A stretch of 64,000 nucleotides of DNA. Source: Candidatus Latescibacterota bacterium. GTDB taxonomy: Bacteria; Latescibacterota; UBA2968; UBA8231. The position numbers and the translations under genes are program-made. Below are positions 8,794 to 18,046 of this stretch, piece by piece. The notes under the pieces are model-generated. The model saw only the letters and a list, made by a program, of their open reading frames with translations, ran no database searches and had not been told where the DNA came from. The first letter of the stretch is position 1; each line of letters opens with the position of its first letter. Location: the NCBI GenBank assembly GCA_965215195.1, contig CBDCDC010000002.1, positions 320,001-384,000 on the forward strand. Direction: 5' to 3'.

Positions 8794-11130
8794 CTAGTAG
8801 GCTACGGAAATGAGCGCTTGCGCTTTCTCGTCGCCCGCGTCGCCCGCGACGAGAACTTCGAGCACGTACAAGCCCGGGGCCACGCGCTCGCCGCGGCTGT
8901 CGCGGCCATCCCAGATGATTTCTTGTGGGCCGGCGCGGCTGTCTTGGCTGCGGTCGTACAGCGGGCGACCGGCGAGGTCGTACAGGCGCAGGCGCAGGGG
9001 GCGCGGTGCCAGCACATTGACTAGCGAGACCTCCAGCGTCAGTTCGTCGTTGATCCCGTCGCCGTTGGGGGTAATTGCCTTGGACGAGAGGGATATATTG
9101 GCGAGTAGGTCCCGAGAGACCGGCAGGCTGACGATGTTGGTGTTGCTCTCGATTTGGTCGGTGGCGTCGCCCGGGTCCACCCGCTGGCGCACACTCTCGT
9201 CTTGGCGGCTGTCCTGCAAAAAGACGTCGAAGCGCGTCGATTGCCGGAATACGGAAGATTCAAATTTTAGCTCGATGAGCTGGTCGGTGCGGATGCGGTT
9301 GGGCAGATGGACTAGGAAACCGCTTGCAGTGGTATCTATCTGCGCGTCGAGCGCGGCCCCGTTGCGCGAGACGCCCACAAAATGCACGGGCGCGGCCGAC
9401 TCCACGGCGAGGCGGTCAAAGCCAATAGCGTTTTCCGGCCGCAAGTAATAAGTAAATTCCGTCAGCATGCCCGGCAGGGCCTGCTGCGGAGCAATCTCGC
9501 CCAGTACTCGGGCGGCGAGAGGTTGGGTAAAATTGACGGCCAAGTGGCCGAGGGAAGCGCCCACCGCGGGCGAATTAGAGATCATGCGCACGTCGAATTC
9601 GAGGTAGCGGCGCGGCGAGGGCGAGAGAAATGCCTCGCCCGAGAAGCTGTAAATGCGGCTCCACGCGCTCCAATCGCCGCCTGCGGCGAGGGTGGTGTCA
9701 ATGGGGCCTTTGAAACTGGGAATGAGCCTGTTGTACTTCCGCTCGGTGACGATCTTGCCGTTTTTGTCGCGGTACGTGTACGTCTCAATGACCTCATTGC
9801 CAGTGCGGGTGCGGAGTTCGATGCGCGTACCGGGCGGTTCGTCGCCGCTCCACTCGATGGAGTTGAGGTTCTTGCCTGCGCCCAAGTCGATTAGGGGCGA
9901 GCGGAAGCCGACCTCCGATGGGAAACCCTCGCCAAAAATCTGGATCTCGTCCGTGGTGCCGCCGGCCCCGCAGCCCGGGATCTTGCTTGTACCGCCCACC
10001 TCTCCGAGCCGCTGAAGGGAGAAGCAACTAGTGTCCCAGTACTTCCAGAAGATGCGGACGAAGCGCGTCGGCACTAGGTCGAAGTGATGATCGACTAGGC
10101 CCTTGGAGGTCTGACTCCCAGGCGAGGCCCCTGAAAAGTGCTTGGTCCACAGGCGGGTGCCATCGGGCGACAGCGAGCCGTCCGAGGTCATAAACTCGTA
10201 GAAGCGAAAGTCCCAGCGCCGGGGTGAGACGTAGTGGCGGGTAGTAATGCCGCCGCCAAACCCGGAGCGCACCACCACGCCGCCGATAATCCGCGTTTGA
10301 TCGACCCAGTAAACCGCGCCCAAGTCGAGGATCATGTGGGCGAGGATGTCGGTGAGGCCCCTAGAGGCCGTGCCAGCACGCCAGCGCTCGTACAAGTCGC
10401 CGTCGAACAAAGCCCGCGCCTTGCCCAAAGGCTGCTGGTCGTTACTGGCGAGATTGATGTTGATATCGACCGACCCGCCGCGCTCCAACAGCCCGAGGGC
10501 GATATTGTCGCCGATGGTCTCGACCTCGACCTCGGCGAGGCGGGCAGCGGGCACTAGGAGCAGCGGCTCAAAGCGGATGAATTGAATCGGCTCTTCGTCG
10601 ATTTTTTCTATTTGGTACGTCACCCGATGGTGGCTGTTTTCCTTGAAGCGCTCTTTGACGCGATAGACCAAAGAGCCTTCAATAGGTGCGGCGATAAAGT
10701 CGGTCTCGGGCTCGCCGGTCGAGAGCAAGAGGTCGAACAGCGCAAAGGGCGGTGCCTCTGCATCGAAGACCAAAGTAACGCTGTGAGCCGAGACCGCGCG
10801 GCCCAAGTCGATCTCGATAAACCAGTCTTCGGGATCGTCCTCTGGGTCGGGGGCCCAGCCGGTCGCCGGGTTGCCGTCGATGACGAAGCGGGCAGCGGCG
10901 CGATTGGACCCGGCGTTGCGGATGCCGCCGCCGAATTCGTCCAAATCGCGCACGGCGTCGGTTCCTTTCTCAATCCGGGTTGGCTGGATCACGCCCGACG
11001 GCGTCAATTCCACCGCGCCCAAGGGCAGATTCCATTGCCGCCAGTCGCGCGCCGAGTCGTAGCGCAACTGATCGGCCGCTAGCGGATAGCTGCTCAAGAC
11101 TAAGGCGGCGAGGGCCATGCGAAAATTCAT
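8794..11130 (-). CDS. Secreted discoidin-like / FlgD-Ig C-terminal domain protein
   Basis: Signal peptide; IDGNPATGW and IEIDLGRAV discoidin motifs; C-terminal ITPNGDGIND...LYDLAGR...WDGRDSRGERVAPGLY. Confidence 0.8.
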   Translation of the reverse strand: MNFRMALAALVLSSYPLAADQLRYDSARDWRQWNLPLGAVELTPSGVIQPTRIEKGTDAVRDLDEFGGGIRNAGSNRAAARFVIDGNPATGWAPDPEDDPEDWFIEIDLGRAVSAHSVTLVFDAEAPPFALFDLLLSTGEPETDFIAAPIEGSLVYRVKERFKENSHHRVTYQIEKIDEEPIQFIRFEPLLLVPAARLAEVEVETIGDNIALGLLERGGSVDININLASNDQQPLGKARALFDGDLYERWRAGTASRGLTDILAHMILDLGAVYWVDQTRIIGGVVVRSGFGGGITTRHYVSPRRWDFRFYEFMTSDGSLSPDGTRLWTKHFSGASPGSQTSKGLVDHHFDLVPTRFVRIFWKYWDTSCFSLQRLGEVGGTSKIPGCGAGGTTDEIQIFGEGFPSEVGFRSPLIDLGAGKNLNSIEWSGDEPPGTRIELRTRTGNEVIETYTYRDKNGKIVTERKYNRLIPSFKGPIDTTLAAGGDWSAWSRIYSFSGEAFLSPSPRRYLEFDVRMISNSPAVGASLGHLAVNFTQPLAARVLGEIAPQQALPGMLTEFTYYLRPENAIGFDRLAVESAAPVHFVGVSRNGAALDAQIDTTASGFLVHLPNRIRTDQLIELKFESSVFRQSTRFDVFLQDSRQDESVRQRVDPGDATDQIESNTNIVSLPVSRDLLANISLSSKAITPNGDGINDELTLEVSLVNVLAPRPLRLRLYDLAGRPLYDRSQDSRAGPQEIIWDGRDSRGERVAPGLYVLEVLVAGDAGDEKAQALISVAY

Positions 11131-11305
11131 AGAAGCCTTCCTTTGCGCATGTATTGCAGGTAGGGAATAACGAGCGTTATTCCCTAAAAATACCCGCGCC
11201 GCGAAACAAGGCAAATGGGCTGGCCGCGGGTTGAAGCGGAACTCCCGCTCTGTTTGTATCTTACCTTACCAACAACCCAAACCAAGTCTTTTCTGGAGAT
11301 TTTCT

Positions 11306-12217
11306 ATGATCGGTCGAATTGCCCTCTGTGCGCTGATCGCCCTGCCGGTTGGTGCCCAGCACGAGAAAGTCGAGCGGATCGTCAGCCTGCCCACGGGTTG
11401 GCCCACCGCCATGGTCCTAGTGCCGGCCGGGTCTTTTCCCCGGGGCATGGAAGGCGAAGCCTTTGACGAGCAGCCCGTGCGCAAAATTTACCTCGACGCG
11501 TACCTGATCGACAAATACGAAGTCACAGTAGCGCAATGGGGAGAGTACCAACGCGACACAGGTGCGCTGATCCCGGAGTGGACCTTACAGAATACGGCTG
11601 CGCGGCAAAACCACCCCATTACGCTGGTGACGTGGCACGACGCTGCGGCCTTTTGCGGGTGGGCTGGCAAGCGACTGCCCACGGAAGCCGAGTGGGAGCG
11701 CGCCGCCCGCTGCGACGACGGCCGCAAGTATCCTTGGGGCGACGGACTCGACGCCTTTCGCGCCAATTACTTCCAGAGCGACGACCCGTTTGAGCGCGGC
11801 TTCGGGGCCATCCTCAGCACCAACCCGGTCGGCTTTTTCGATGGTTCCAATAGGGACGGCTACCAAACGCGAGACGGCTCTAGTCCCTTTGGGGCCTACG
11901 ACATGGTGGGCAATGTCTTTGAGTGGACCAACGACTGGTACCATCCGAACTACTATGCCGTTGGACCAGACGTCAATCCCCAAGGCCCGGACGAGGGCGT
12001 CGTCAAGGCCGTGCGCGGCGGCTCGTACGCGGTTGACGCCAGCCACGTGCGGCCCACGTACCGAGCGCGGGACGCACCTGACTTCAAAGGCCCGGACGTG
12101 GGGTTTCGCTGCTCGGCCAGCGCCGACCTAGACGCGGGCACCATGCTGCGCCGCGAGACCTGGGGCGTGGTAAAGAGTGCCTCGCTACGCTGGCCCAAAG
12201 GAGGGGACGATGAATAA
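11306..12217 (+). CDS. Formylglycine-generating enzyme (SUMF1/FGE-sulfatase) family protein, secreted
   Basis: IDKYEVT, RLPTEAEWERAAR, YPWG, YDMVGNVFEW, RGGSY, GFRC; tail RRETWGVVK. Confidence 0.9.
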   Translation: MIGRIALCALIALPVGAQHEKVERIVSLPTGWPTAMVLVPAGSFPRGMEGEAFDEQPVRKIYLDAYLIDKYEVTVAQWGEYQRDTGALIPEWTLQNTAARQNHPITLVTWHDAAAFCGWAGKRLPTEAEWERAARCDDGRKYPWGDGLDAFRANYFQSDDPFERGFGAILSTNPVGFFDGSNRDGYQTRDGSSPFGAYDMVGNVFEWTNDWYHPNYYAVGPDVNPQGPDEGVVKAVRGGSYAVDASHVRPTYRARDAPDFKGPDVGFRCSASADLDAGTMLRRETWGVVKSASLRWPKGGDDE

Positions 12218-13811
12218 GTTGAGAGTAGTAGTCGCGCTGGCTTTGCTCGCCAGTGCCGCGAGCGCACCGGCACAGGAAGGCGACTTGCGGCAGCGCTTTG
12301 GCCTCCAGCCGCTGCCGCCAGTGCCCTATCCCGAGAACAATTCCTACAATCCCGACCGCGTCGAACTGGGCCGCCTGCTGTTCTTCGACCCCATTCTCAG
12401 CGGCGAGAAGGACACGGCCTGCGGCACCTGTCACCTGCCGACCTTTGGCCTGGCCGATGGCCTACCGCTCGCGGTGGGCGTCGGGGGCCGGGGCTTGGGG
12501 CCGGGGCGGGTGCCTGGGGTTTCGGCGATTACCGGAGATACCATCATTACCGAGCCGCGGCACACCATGACGCTCTTTAACGTCGGCTACAATGGCGACG
12601 AGTCCGGGCTGCCCTCGCCCAAGGGCTTCATGCTGTGGGACGGCAAGGATCGCGGCTTGGAGGCCCAAGCGCTGCGGCCGCTCATCGTGCGCGTGGAGCT
12701 GCGCGGCGACGCCTATGAGCGCGAGATGGCCGTTGACAGCGTGTTGGCGCGGCTGCGGGGGATTCCCGAGTACGTGGCCCTGTTCGAGCAAGCCTTTCCG
12801 GCCGAAGCCGACTCCGTGGCCCGACAACTGCCGCGCCTCGGCTGCGTGCACGACCCGACGCCCTTGCAGTCGGTCATTACGCGCTCGACCTTTGGCCGGG
12901 CCATTGCCGCGTTTGAGCGCGAGCAGAATACGGTCAACACCCCCTACGACGCTTACGTGGCCGGCGACGACGAGGCCCTGACGTCAGCGCAAAAGCGCGG
13001 GCTTGAACTCTTCCACACCGAGGCGCGCTGCGCCAACTGCCACAGCGGCCCGCTGTTTACGGATTCGACCTTTCGCGTCCAAGGGGTTGAGCAGATTGGG
13101 CCGGGCCGGGCGTCAGCTACGACCAATACCGGCACTCCGCGTCCCACCGGCAAAGACGAGGGCCGCTTTCTCAACTCGGGCAACCGCAGCGACATCGGTG
13201 CTTTCCGCGTGGTGGGCTTGCGCCAAGTCGCGCAGACGGCCCCCTACATGCACGACGGCGCGTTGGCCACGCTGGAGGATGTCATCGAGTTCTACGATCG
13301 CGGCGGCGGCGACGAAGCCACCATTGACCGCGAGAACATCGACCCCGAACTGGTGCCGCTGGGCCTGAGTGCCGAGCAAAAGCAAGACCTGCTGGCCTTC
13401 ATGCACGCCCTGACCGATTCGACGATAGCGGTTCACGTGCCCGCACGAGTGCCCAGCGGGTTGCGGCCAGCCGGCCTCGAATTGGCGGCCGCGGCCGGGC
13501 TCGTGGTCCCGGTTCCCGCGCCGGCGGCCCGACCTGTGACCGTGCGGGTGTTCAATTTTCCCAACCCCTTCAACGCCTCAACCTCGATCTCAGTGGCACT
13601 GCCGGCGGCCGGTGAAGTCGATATCGAGGTGTACAATATCTTGGGGCAGACCGTGCGGCGGCTCTTTAGGGGATACCGGCCAGCCGGCGTCTATCAGCTA
13701 GCGTGGGATGGACGCGACGAGAGCGGGCGAGCGGCCGCCAGCGGAGTATATCTCGTCTCGGCGCAGATGGGGGGCGAGCGCCACCTAGCGCGGATGACCC
13801 TCGTGCGCTAA
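12210..13811 (+). CDS. Di-heme cytochrome c peroxidase/MauG-family protein with C-terminal FlgD/T9SS-like domain
   Basis: ELGRLLFFDPILS, CGTCH, CANCH, TAPYMHDG; tail NFPNPFNAST...YNILGQ...WDGRDESG...SGVY. Confidence 0.9.
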   Translation: MNKLRVVVALALLASAASAPAQEGDLRQRFGLQPLPPVPYPENNSYNPDRVELGRLLFFDPILSGEKDTACGTCHLPTFGLADGLPLAVGVGGRGLGPGRVPGVSAITGDTIITEPRHTMTLFNVGYNGDESGLPSPKGFMLWDGKDRGLEAQALRPLIVRVELRGDAYEREMAVDSVLARLRGIPEYVALFEQAFPAEADSVARQLPRLGCVHDPTPLQSVITRSTFGRAIAAFEREQNTVNTPYDAYVAGDDEALTSAQKRGLELFHTEARCANCHSGPLFTDSTFRVQGVEQIGPGRASATTNTGTPRPTGKDEGRFLNSGNRSDIGAFRVVGLRQVAQTAPYMHDGALATLEDVIEFYDRGGGDEATIDRENIDPELVPLGLSAEQKQDLLAFMHALTDSTIAVHVPARVPSGLRPAGLELAAAAGLVVPVPAPAARPVTVRVFNFPNPFNASTSISVALPAAGEVDIEVYNILGQTVRRLFRGYRPAGVYQLAWDGRDESGRAAASGVYLVSAQMGGERHLARMTLVR

Positions 13812-13812
13812 A

Positions 13813-15275
13813 GTGCAGCGGCAGATTCTTACCCCTGCGTACGCGGGGGCGCTCGCCGCCCTGCTGCTGTGGGGATGCGGCCGCGAGCCTGATTCTCCCG
13901 CCGATCCGCCTCCGCGCCGGCAAGGTCGGACGGCGGTCCGATTCGCCGATGTCACCGCGGCCGCCGGCATCCACTTTAAGCATACCAGCGGTCTTTCCGG
14001 GCGGAAGTACGGGGTGGAAGCCCTCGGCTCGGGAGCGGCCTTTTTCGATTACAACGGCGACGGGCACATGGACCTCTACGTGGTCAACGGGGCCGACCTG
14101 CCCGGCCATTCATCGCCCCAGCCGCCCGGCAATGCGCTCTACCGCAACCGAGCAGACGGGCGCTTCGTCGAAACCGAGGCCGGGGTTGCCGATAGCGGCT
14201 ATGGCATGGGCTGTAGCGCGGGGGATTACGACAACGACGGGGACGCCGATCTCTTCGTGGCCAATTTTGGCCCCAACGCGCTCTATCGCAACGAAGGCGA
14301 TCGCTTCACCGACGCCGCAGCTATCCCAGGCAACGACAGTAGTTGGTCAACCGGCTCGGCCTTTGTCGATTGCGACTTAGACGGCGATCTAGACCTCTAC
14401 GTCGCCAATTATCTCGATTACCAGTTTGAAACCGATCCCCTCGACGAAAACGGTCGCCTGAAGAAAGATAGACGCCACTACGCCCCCACTGAATACCCCG
14501 GCCAGCGCGATTTCCTCTATCGCAATGAGGCCAACGGTCGCTTCGTCGATGTCACCGCAGAAGCCGGGCTTTTAAGCCGCAAAGGGCGCGAGTTGGGCGT
14601 CGTCTTTTTCGACTGGGATGGCGATGGCGATCCCGACCTGTTCCAAGCCAACGACGCCACGCCCAATTTCCTCTACCGCAACGACGGGGACGGCTCGTTC
14701 AGGGAAATCGGCTTGGCGGCTGGCGCGGCCTACAACGAGGCGGGCAAGCCCGAAGGAGGCATGGGCACCGACATTGCCGATACCGACGGCGACGGCCACT
14801 TGGAGATTGTGGTGACCAATTTTCAGTGGGAGAGCAATACCCTCTACCAAAGCACGGGGGGCGGCTTATGGCGCGATCGCTCCACCGCTTCGGGGCTGGG
14901 GGGCCCTAGCTTCGACCGCTTGGCTTTCGGGGTTAATTTCTTCGATTTTGACCGCGATGGCGACCCGGATCTCTACGTGGCCAACGGCCATATCGACGAC
15001 AACATCGCCGATTTCGATCCCGAGGTTTCGCATGGCCAGCGCGACCAGCTTTTCCTCAACGACGGCCAAGGGCGCTTCGCCGAAATCTCCGAGCAAGCCG
15101 GTCCTTTTTTTCAGCGCACCATGGTGGGGCGCGGTGCGGCTACGGCCGACTACGACAACGACGGCGACGGCGATCTCTTCGTAGTCAACAGCAATCAGCC
15201 CGCCGTGCTGCTGCGCAACGATACGGCGTCGGAAAACCACTATCTCGCCCTGCGCTTGATCGGCACCCATAGCAA
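13813..15275 (+). pseudogene. CRTAC1/FG-GAP repeat protein truncated at the start of its ASPIC/UnbV domain
   Basis: Repeated DYDNDGDxDL motifs. After HYLALRLIGTHSN the homology to paralogs (SNRDG.GARV) stops and the frame runs in unrelated sequence to 15369. Confidence 0.75.
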
Positions 15276-15279
15276 CCCA

Positions 15280-15476
15280 TCACCTTTGGCTGGTTGTCCA
15301 TCCTGCTGGCTTGGTTGTGCAAGGCGGCGATTCTGCGCTATGGGGGGGTGCGGCTCTACCGGACGATGAGGCCCTTCTTTTTGGGCCTAGCGCTGGGCGA
15401 GTTTTCCGCTTCTGCACTCTGGGTTTTTATTGACGGAGCATTCGGGGTAGAGGGCAATATGATTTTCGTATTTTGA
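15280..15476 (+). pseudogene. C-terminal fragment of a DUF6785/DUF6784-type membrane protein
   Basis: WLSILLAWLCKAAILRYGGVRLYRTMRPFFLGLALGEF motif; no N-terminal part present. Confidence 0.6.
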
Positions 15477-15733
15477 GGGCTATGTGGTAAGGGCGTCCTA
15501 CGTACCCACAGAAGGGGTCGCGTAGTAAATTCTGAGAAGCGGTCTGCATCACCGCGCCTTTAGGCGCGACAAACCCCCGGCGGACCGCGTTGAGTAGCGG
15601 TCCAGCGGCCCTCGGAGGGAGTGGTTGTCGCGGGCGAGACGCCCTCGCTCCTCGATTGCTTGCTGCACACAAGGGACGGTTCGCGGAATTTTCAGACCGC
15701 TTCTTCTAGAAGGGGCGCGAAAAGGAAATCCAA

Positions 15734-16213
15734 ATGCAGTACTTGCGCTCGCTCAAGTTGCTCTTGGTCGTGGCGGTCGTCGGCGCGGTGCTCGCCTTTT
15801 TTGAACGGCAGCGCACGGCCGAGTACGGGCACCTTTTGGAACGGACGCATGCGCGGGGGCAGCCGCAGCTCAAGGGCACGTCCTTGCAGGAGCTGGCGCA
15901 GGTGTTGCTGGAGCTGTACCCAGAGGGTGCCGAAGCCAATCTGCTGATGGGGACGGCCCTAGCCGAGGAGGGGCAGTTGGCCGAGGCCCGGGCGCATCTA
16001 GAGCAAGCTATGCAAGTGGACCGGCGCAACTTGCAGCTACTCTTTTTGTACGCACGACTCTTGCTGGATATGGGAGAGGATGTGGAGAAAGTGCAAGCGG
16101 TAGTGGAAGAGTTGAGCCGGTACTTTCCGCGCTCGCGGGAAAAGGTGGAGCAGTACTTCGCGGAGGCTTCAAAGGGAAAGATGCGGTTTGGCGGGGATGA
16201 TCTTTATCATTGA
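15734..16213 (+). CDS. Small TPR protein with N-terminal membrane anchor
   Basis: AAGGA RBS; ANLLMGTALAEEGQLAEARAHLEQAMQVD TPR consensus. Confidence 0.75.
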   Translation: MQYLRSLKLLLVVAVVGAVLAFFERQRTAEYGHLLERTHARGQPQLKGTSLQELAQVLLELYPEGAEANLLMGTALAEEGQLAEARAHLEQAMQVDRRNLQLLFLYARLLLDMGEDVEKVQAVVEELSRYFPRSREKVEQYFAEASKGKMRFGGDDLYH

Positions 16214-16225
16214 AACCGCGCCCGC

Positions 16226-17860
16226 TCAAGCCCCGTTGTGCAGGCGATTCTCGTAGATGTGAATCTGGTCGGCGTACTGCTCGTTGAGTTTGGCCAGCAA
16301 CGCATCAAAGCGCTCATGGGTCAGGTCTTGCAGCAGGTGGGATCGCACCCGGCCCCAGACCTCGTCGAAGCTCTGCTGGCGAGCGGGAATCTTGTTGAGC
16401 ACCTTGAAAACCGTAAACCCCTGCGCGGTCTTGACCGGGCCGACGATCTGGCCGACCTCAGCGTCTCTGGCCTCCCACCCCAAATTGCCGTACTTGTCGG
16501 GGCGCAAAAGCTGGATGCGCCCTTCGGCGCGGCGGATGCGGGTGCTGCGCCGGGAGTAGCGGCGGGCCAGCTCGCCGAGGTCGCCGCCGCGTTCGATGGC
16601 GGCCAACAGCGAGTCGGCTTGGGTGCGGGTATCGACGAGGATTTCGAGGATCGAGATCCGCTGCTCGCGCACGTAGAGGTTCTTGTGCGCCTCGTAGTAC
16701 GCGCGAATGGCCTCTTTGGATGGGTCGAGCGTTTCGAGCACTTTGACTTGGCGAATGCGCTCGACTAGGGCTTGGCGGCGCGTGTTTTCAATGCCCTTGG
16801 CCACGCGCTCGGCCTCGTGGATGCCTATTTCGCGGGCGTGGCGGGGCAACAAGACCTTGAGGGCATAGAGGCGACGGGCAAAGCGGCGCAAGTCGTCCAA
16901 TTCGCGGATCTCGGCCGGATTGCGCTCGCTGGTCATGGCCGCCATAAAGTTACTCAGCGTCCACGGCTCGTCGTCGAGCTCGAGCAGCACAAGCTGGGTC
17001 TCCCCCTTTTTGAACGTGGGCATTTCTTGGCCGGCTTCGCTGAGCCGGGCCAAGAGCAGCTCAAAGGTCTTGCGCCGTTCCTCAATGTCGGCGCGCTCGG
17101 CCAGCCCCTCGAGGAATTCAAAAGTGGCGATGGCGTGCTTTTGCTCCTGCATGGCCTCAACCACGGCCGGGGCCATACTCTCGAAGGACACGTCGCGCTC
17201 GTCGGTGACCACAAAGACCGAGAAGCCGTCTGGCTCCTGCACGGGACCAACGATCTCGCCGAGGTCGGCCCCAAAGAGCTGGCGGCGCAGAATGTAGTTT
17301 TTGAAGTCGAGGCGGCTCTTGTAGCCGAGGTCGCCGCCCTGCTGGGCGGTGTTGCCGTCGTCCGAGAGTTCGCTCGCGACCGCGGCAAAACTGTCCGGGC
17401 CGCGCAGGCGGGTGAGCACGTGGTCAATGGCGGCTGGCCCGCTGGCGAGGATGCGGCTGACGCGGCGCTGCTGGCCGAGGTGGTGCTGCTCAAAGTACTG
17501 GCGGGCCTCGTCGCGGCCTATGTCCTCGGCCACCGCGACTACGCCGCGACGGTACATTTCGGCGAGGATGAGCTCCTGTTCCCGCTGCGCGACTTTGCTT
17601 GTGACTTGGAAGTCGTTTTCGAGGCCTTCTTGGCGGGCCGCTAACAGCAAAACCTCAATGTCGATGAGCCGCTCGAGCGCTTGGCGCTGGAGGTCGCGCG
17701 GGGCGTTCTTGGGAAAGAGCCGCAAAGCAGCGCGCTCAACGCGCTCGCGCGTGATGCTGACGTCGCCGACGCGGGCGAGTACATCTGGGTTGGGCGGGGG
17801 TTCGGGGGAGGTGCAGGCGGGGAGTGCGGCAGTGAGCAACGAAAGAAAAAGACGCGGCAA
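16226..17860 (-). CDS. PpiC/SurA-type peptidyl-prolyl isomerase lipoprotein (two rotamase-like domains)
   Basis: LPAC lipobox; FAAVASELSDD...GGDLGY; LARRYS...IVGPVKTAQGF. Confidence 0.85.
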   Translation of the reverse strand: MPRLFLSLLTAALPACTSPEPPPNPDVLARVGDVSITRERVERAALRLFPKNAPRDLQRQALERLIDIEVLLLAARQEGLENDFQVTSKVAQREQELILAEMYRRGVVAVAEDIGRDEARQYFEQHHLGQQRRVSRILASGPAAIDHVLTRLRGPDSFAAVASELSDDGNTAQQGGDLGYKSRLDFKNYILRRQLFGADLGEIVGPVQEPDGFSVFVVTDERDVSFESMAPAVVEAMQEQKHAIATFEFLEGLAERADIEERRKTFELLLARLSEAGQEMPTFKKGETQLVLLELDDEPWTLSNFMAAMTSERNPAEIRELDDLRRFARRLYALKVLLPRHAREIGIHEAERVAKGIENTRRQALVERIRQVKVLETLDPSKEAIRAYYEAHKNLYVREQRISILEILVDTRTQADSLLAAIERGGDLGELARRYSRRSTRIRRAEGRIQLLRPDKYGNLGWEARDAEVGQIVGPVKTAQGFTVFKVLNKIPARQQSFDEVWGRVRSHLLQDLTHERFDALLAKLNEQYADQIHIYENRLHNGA

Positions 17861-18046
17861 AAAGGCCTCCTATTGAGATTTTTATCTATTCCAATAAATA
17901 TATTAGTGCCGTGTAAATTTGCTAAGTGCTAATTATGTGAGTGATGTTACCCTTGCGCGTCTAGCAAGTAGGGAATACCGATCGTTCACCCGGGCGCAAC
18001 GGCAGTTATGTTACTGTGGATGGGAAGCAATTCTGTAGCAACCAAA

